DNA of 38,430 bases from Candidatus Enteromonas sp. (GTDB lineage Bacteria; Bacillota_I; Bacilli_A; RFN20; CAG-826): positions 1 through 38,430 of the forward strand of contig JBGUWA010000142.1 of assembly GCA_045220635.1 (NCBI GenBank), given 5' to 3'. Below, in pieces: positions 37,673 through 38,430 of the stretch. Each line of letters opens with the position of its first letter. The first letter of the stretch is position 1. Made by a program: the position numbers and the translations under genes. The notes below the pieces were generated by a model that made no database searches, was not told where the DNA came from, and saw only the letters and a list, made by a program, of their open reading frames with translations.

Positions 37673-38430
37673 ATGCGAGAAATCAAACTATTCAACTCCT
37701 TAGGCAACAAACTGGAAACCTTCGTTCCCATCAAACCCGGCGAAGTCTCTTTCTACGTTTGCGGACCTACGGTTTATAACGACCCCCATATCGGCAACTT
37801 CCGCCCCGTCATCGTCTTCGATGCCTGGCGCAGGCTTTTCCTTCGCCTTGGCTACAAGGTGACCTTCGTTTCCAATTACACCGACGTCGACGACAAAATC
37901 ATCAACCGCGCGAAGCAACTTGGCATCCCCGAGGCCAGCTTGACCGAATCGGTCATCAAGTCCTTCTCGGGTTTGGTCGATGCGGTGGGATCTTTGCAAC
38001 CCGACATCACCCCTCGCCCGACCTATTACATGGACAAAATCATCTCCTACGTGGAGGATTTGGTCGATAACGGAACTGCCTATGCGGCGAATAATGGCGA
38101 CGTCTATTTCAGCGTCGAATCCGTGCCGGGATATGGCGAGCTTTCCGGCAACACCCCCGAAGCATTAAACGCCGGCGCGCGCATCGAAGTCAAAGACGGC
38201 AAACGCTCGCCGCTGGACTTCGCCTTATGGAAAAAGACCGACGAAGGCATCAAATGGGATACCCCTTGGAGCGCAGGTCGCCCGGGTTGGCACACCGAAT
38301 GCTGCGTCATGATCGCCTCGATCTTCAAGGAGCAGGGCGGCTTAATCGATATCCATGGTGGTGGCTTTGACCTCAAGTTCCCCCATCACGAGAACGAAAT
38401 CGCCCAATCCAAAGCGCATAACCATAACCA
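37673..38430 (+). CDS. cysS: Cysteine--tRNA ligase, 3' end outside the window
   Basis: My translation: MREIKLFNSLGNKLETFVPIKPGEVSFYVCGPTVYNDPHIGNFRPV (HIGH motif) ... GRPGWHTECCVMIAS...IDIHGGGFDLKFPHHENEIAQS. The frame stays open to the window end, so it is absent from the ORF track. Confidence 0.93.
   Translation, partial: MREIKLFNSLGNKLETFVPIKPGEVSFYVCGPTVYNDPHIGNFRPVIVFDAWRRLFLRLGYKVTFVSNYTDVDDKIINRAKQLGIPEASLTESVIKSFSGLVDAVGSLQPDITPRPTYYMDKIISYVEDLVDNGTAYAANNGDVYFSVESVPGYGELSGNTPEALNAGARIEVKDGKRSPLDFALWKKTDEGIKWDTPWSAGRPGWHTECCVMIASIFKEQGGLIDIHGGGFDLKFPHHENEIAQSKAHNHN

Overview
Chromosomal window from an anaerobic Bacillota-type bacterium using the standard genetic code (TGA is a stop, for example at the end of tgt). 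I saw no rRNA, tRNA, CRISPR array or intact mobile element. The centre (13.9-29.0 kb) is one co-directional S10-spc-alpha ribosomal protein cluster: rpsJ through rplQ, including secY, adk, map, infA and rpmJ. Its order is Firmicutes/Mollicutes-like: rpmD (L30) is absent, S14 is the zinc type Z form, and no rpsD lies between rpsK and rpoA. Upstream genes: a 5'-partial cysteine-phosphatase/NUDIX fusion, a RimK-type ATP-grasp ligase, a DUF2188 protein, a DtxR/MntR-type repressor, glnA, two translationally coupled FAD proteins, a polytopic membrane protein and a small P-loop kinase. They are followed by a five-gene cluster with overlapping codons: unknown, tgt, queA, queH, PH-domain membrane protein. 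Downstream genes: an RHH-like gene with a perfect 18-bp operator and a decayed HipA-like toxin remnant, a large S41-peptidase-like lipoprotein, a trimeric HydC-HydB-HydA [FeFe]-hydrogenase operon, a HAD phosphatase and the 5' part of cysS. Points most worth follow-up: (1) HydA carries TSCSPGW instead of the canonical TSCCPxW H-cluster motif. (2) Five operon-first genes have a -10 box exactly 6 nt before the ATG and no Shine-Dalgarno, which suggests leaderless mRNAs. (3) Two uncharacterised proteins are translationally coupled to the queuosine genes. (4) Several ribosomal proteins carry long Lys/Ala- or Arg/Gly-rich extensions. (5) The phosphatase-NUDIX fusion. All calls rest on by-eye motif recognition; no database search was possible.
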